Below are positions 63,838-64,000 of a stretch of DNA of 64,000 nucleotides, piece after piece. The position numbers and the translations under genes are program-made. Within the stretch, counting starts at the first letter, position 1; each line of letters opens with the position of its first letter. Under the pieces are notes generated by a model. It saw only the letters and a program-made list of their open reading frames with translations, did not search any database and was not told the DNA's origin. The DNA comes from Adineta vaga (lineage: Eukaryota; Animalia; Rotifera), in contig CP075496.1 of assembly GCA_021613535.1 (NCBI GenBank), positions 8,680,001 through 8,744,000 on the forward strand, given 5' to 3'.

Positions 63838-64000
63838 ATGTTGGTTGGTATCATTTTCTTCTGTATGTTTTATCAATCATTCTTTTCTTCTCTTTAAATT
63901 TTTTTCTTTCATTTTAGTAGCTTTGATTCCAATTAGTACTAGTCTTCAATGTTATGCTTGTGGATTTTGTAATGATCCATTTAATATTGAAAATGCACCC
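63838..64000 (+). CDS. Ly6/three-finger-like protein (copy 4), 5' part, runs off the window end
   Basis: MLVGIIFF, an intron, then LALIPISTSLQCYACGFCNDPFNIENAP. Confidence 0.75.

Overview
AT-rich, gene-dense eukaryotic DNA with many short (about 50-60 nt) spliceosomal introns. The gene families most resemble a bdelloid rotifer genome (Adineta/Rotaria-like): intronless F-box/LRR proteins, B-box/SPRY-like protein, divergent rhodopsin GPCR, pentapeptide-repeat protein and galactose-binding-like domains. The taxon is inferred, not proven. About 27 protein-coding genes or pseudogenes were reconstructed by hand-splicing, several of them missed by the ORF track. Main points: (1) a five-gene same-strand cluster (eIF4E2, two TMEM254, MsrB, RRP15) with 101-174 nt gaps and an apparently unpaired 3' splice site just before each downstream ATG, which looks like a spliced-leader trans-spliced operon; (2) an intronless PARP-type ADP-ribosyltransferase whose N-terminus carries two copies of a motif resembling domain Ia of NAD+-dependent DNA ligase; (3) two tandem type II membrane mucin-lectin genes sharing a sharply bounded near-identical tract (gene conversion); (4) four Ly6/three-finger genes, one needing a GA-AG intron; (5) a vWA gene with all-phase-1 mini-exons; (6) a short VPS13 paralog; (7) a candidate structured ncRNA; (8) several foreign-looking genes. 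No tRNA, rRNA, CRISPR array or intact transposon was recognised. Some frameshifts may be assembly errors.
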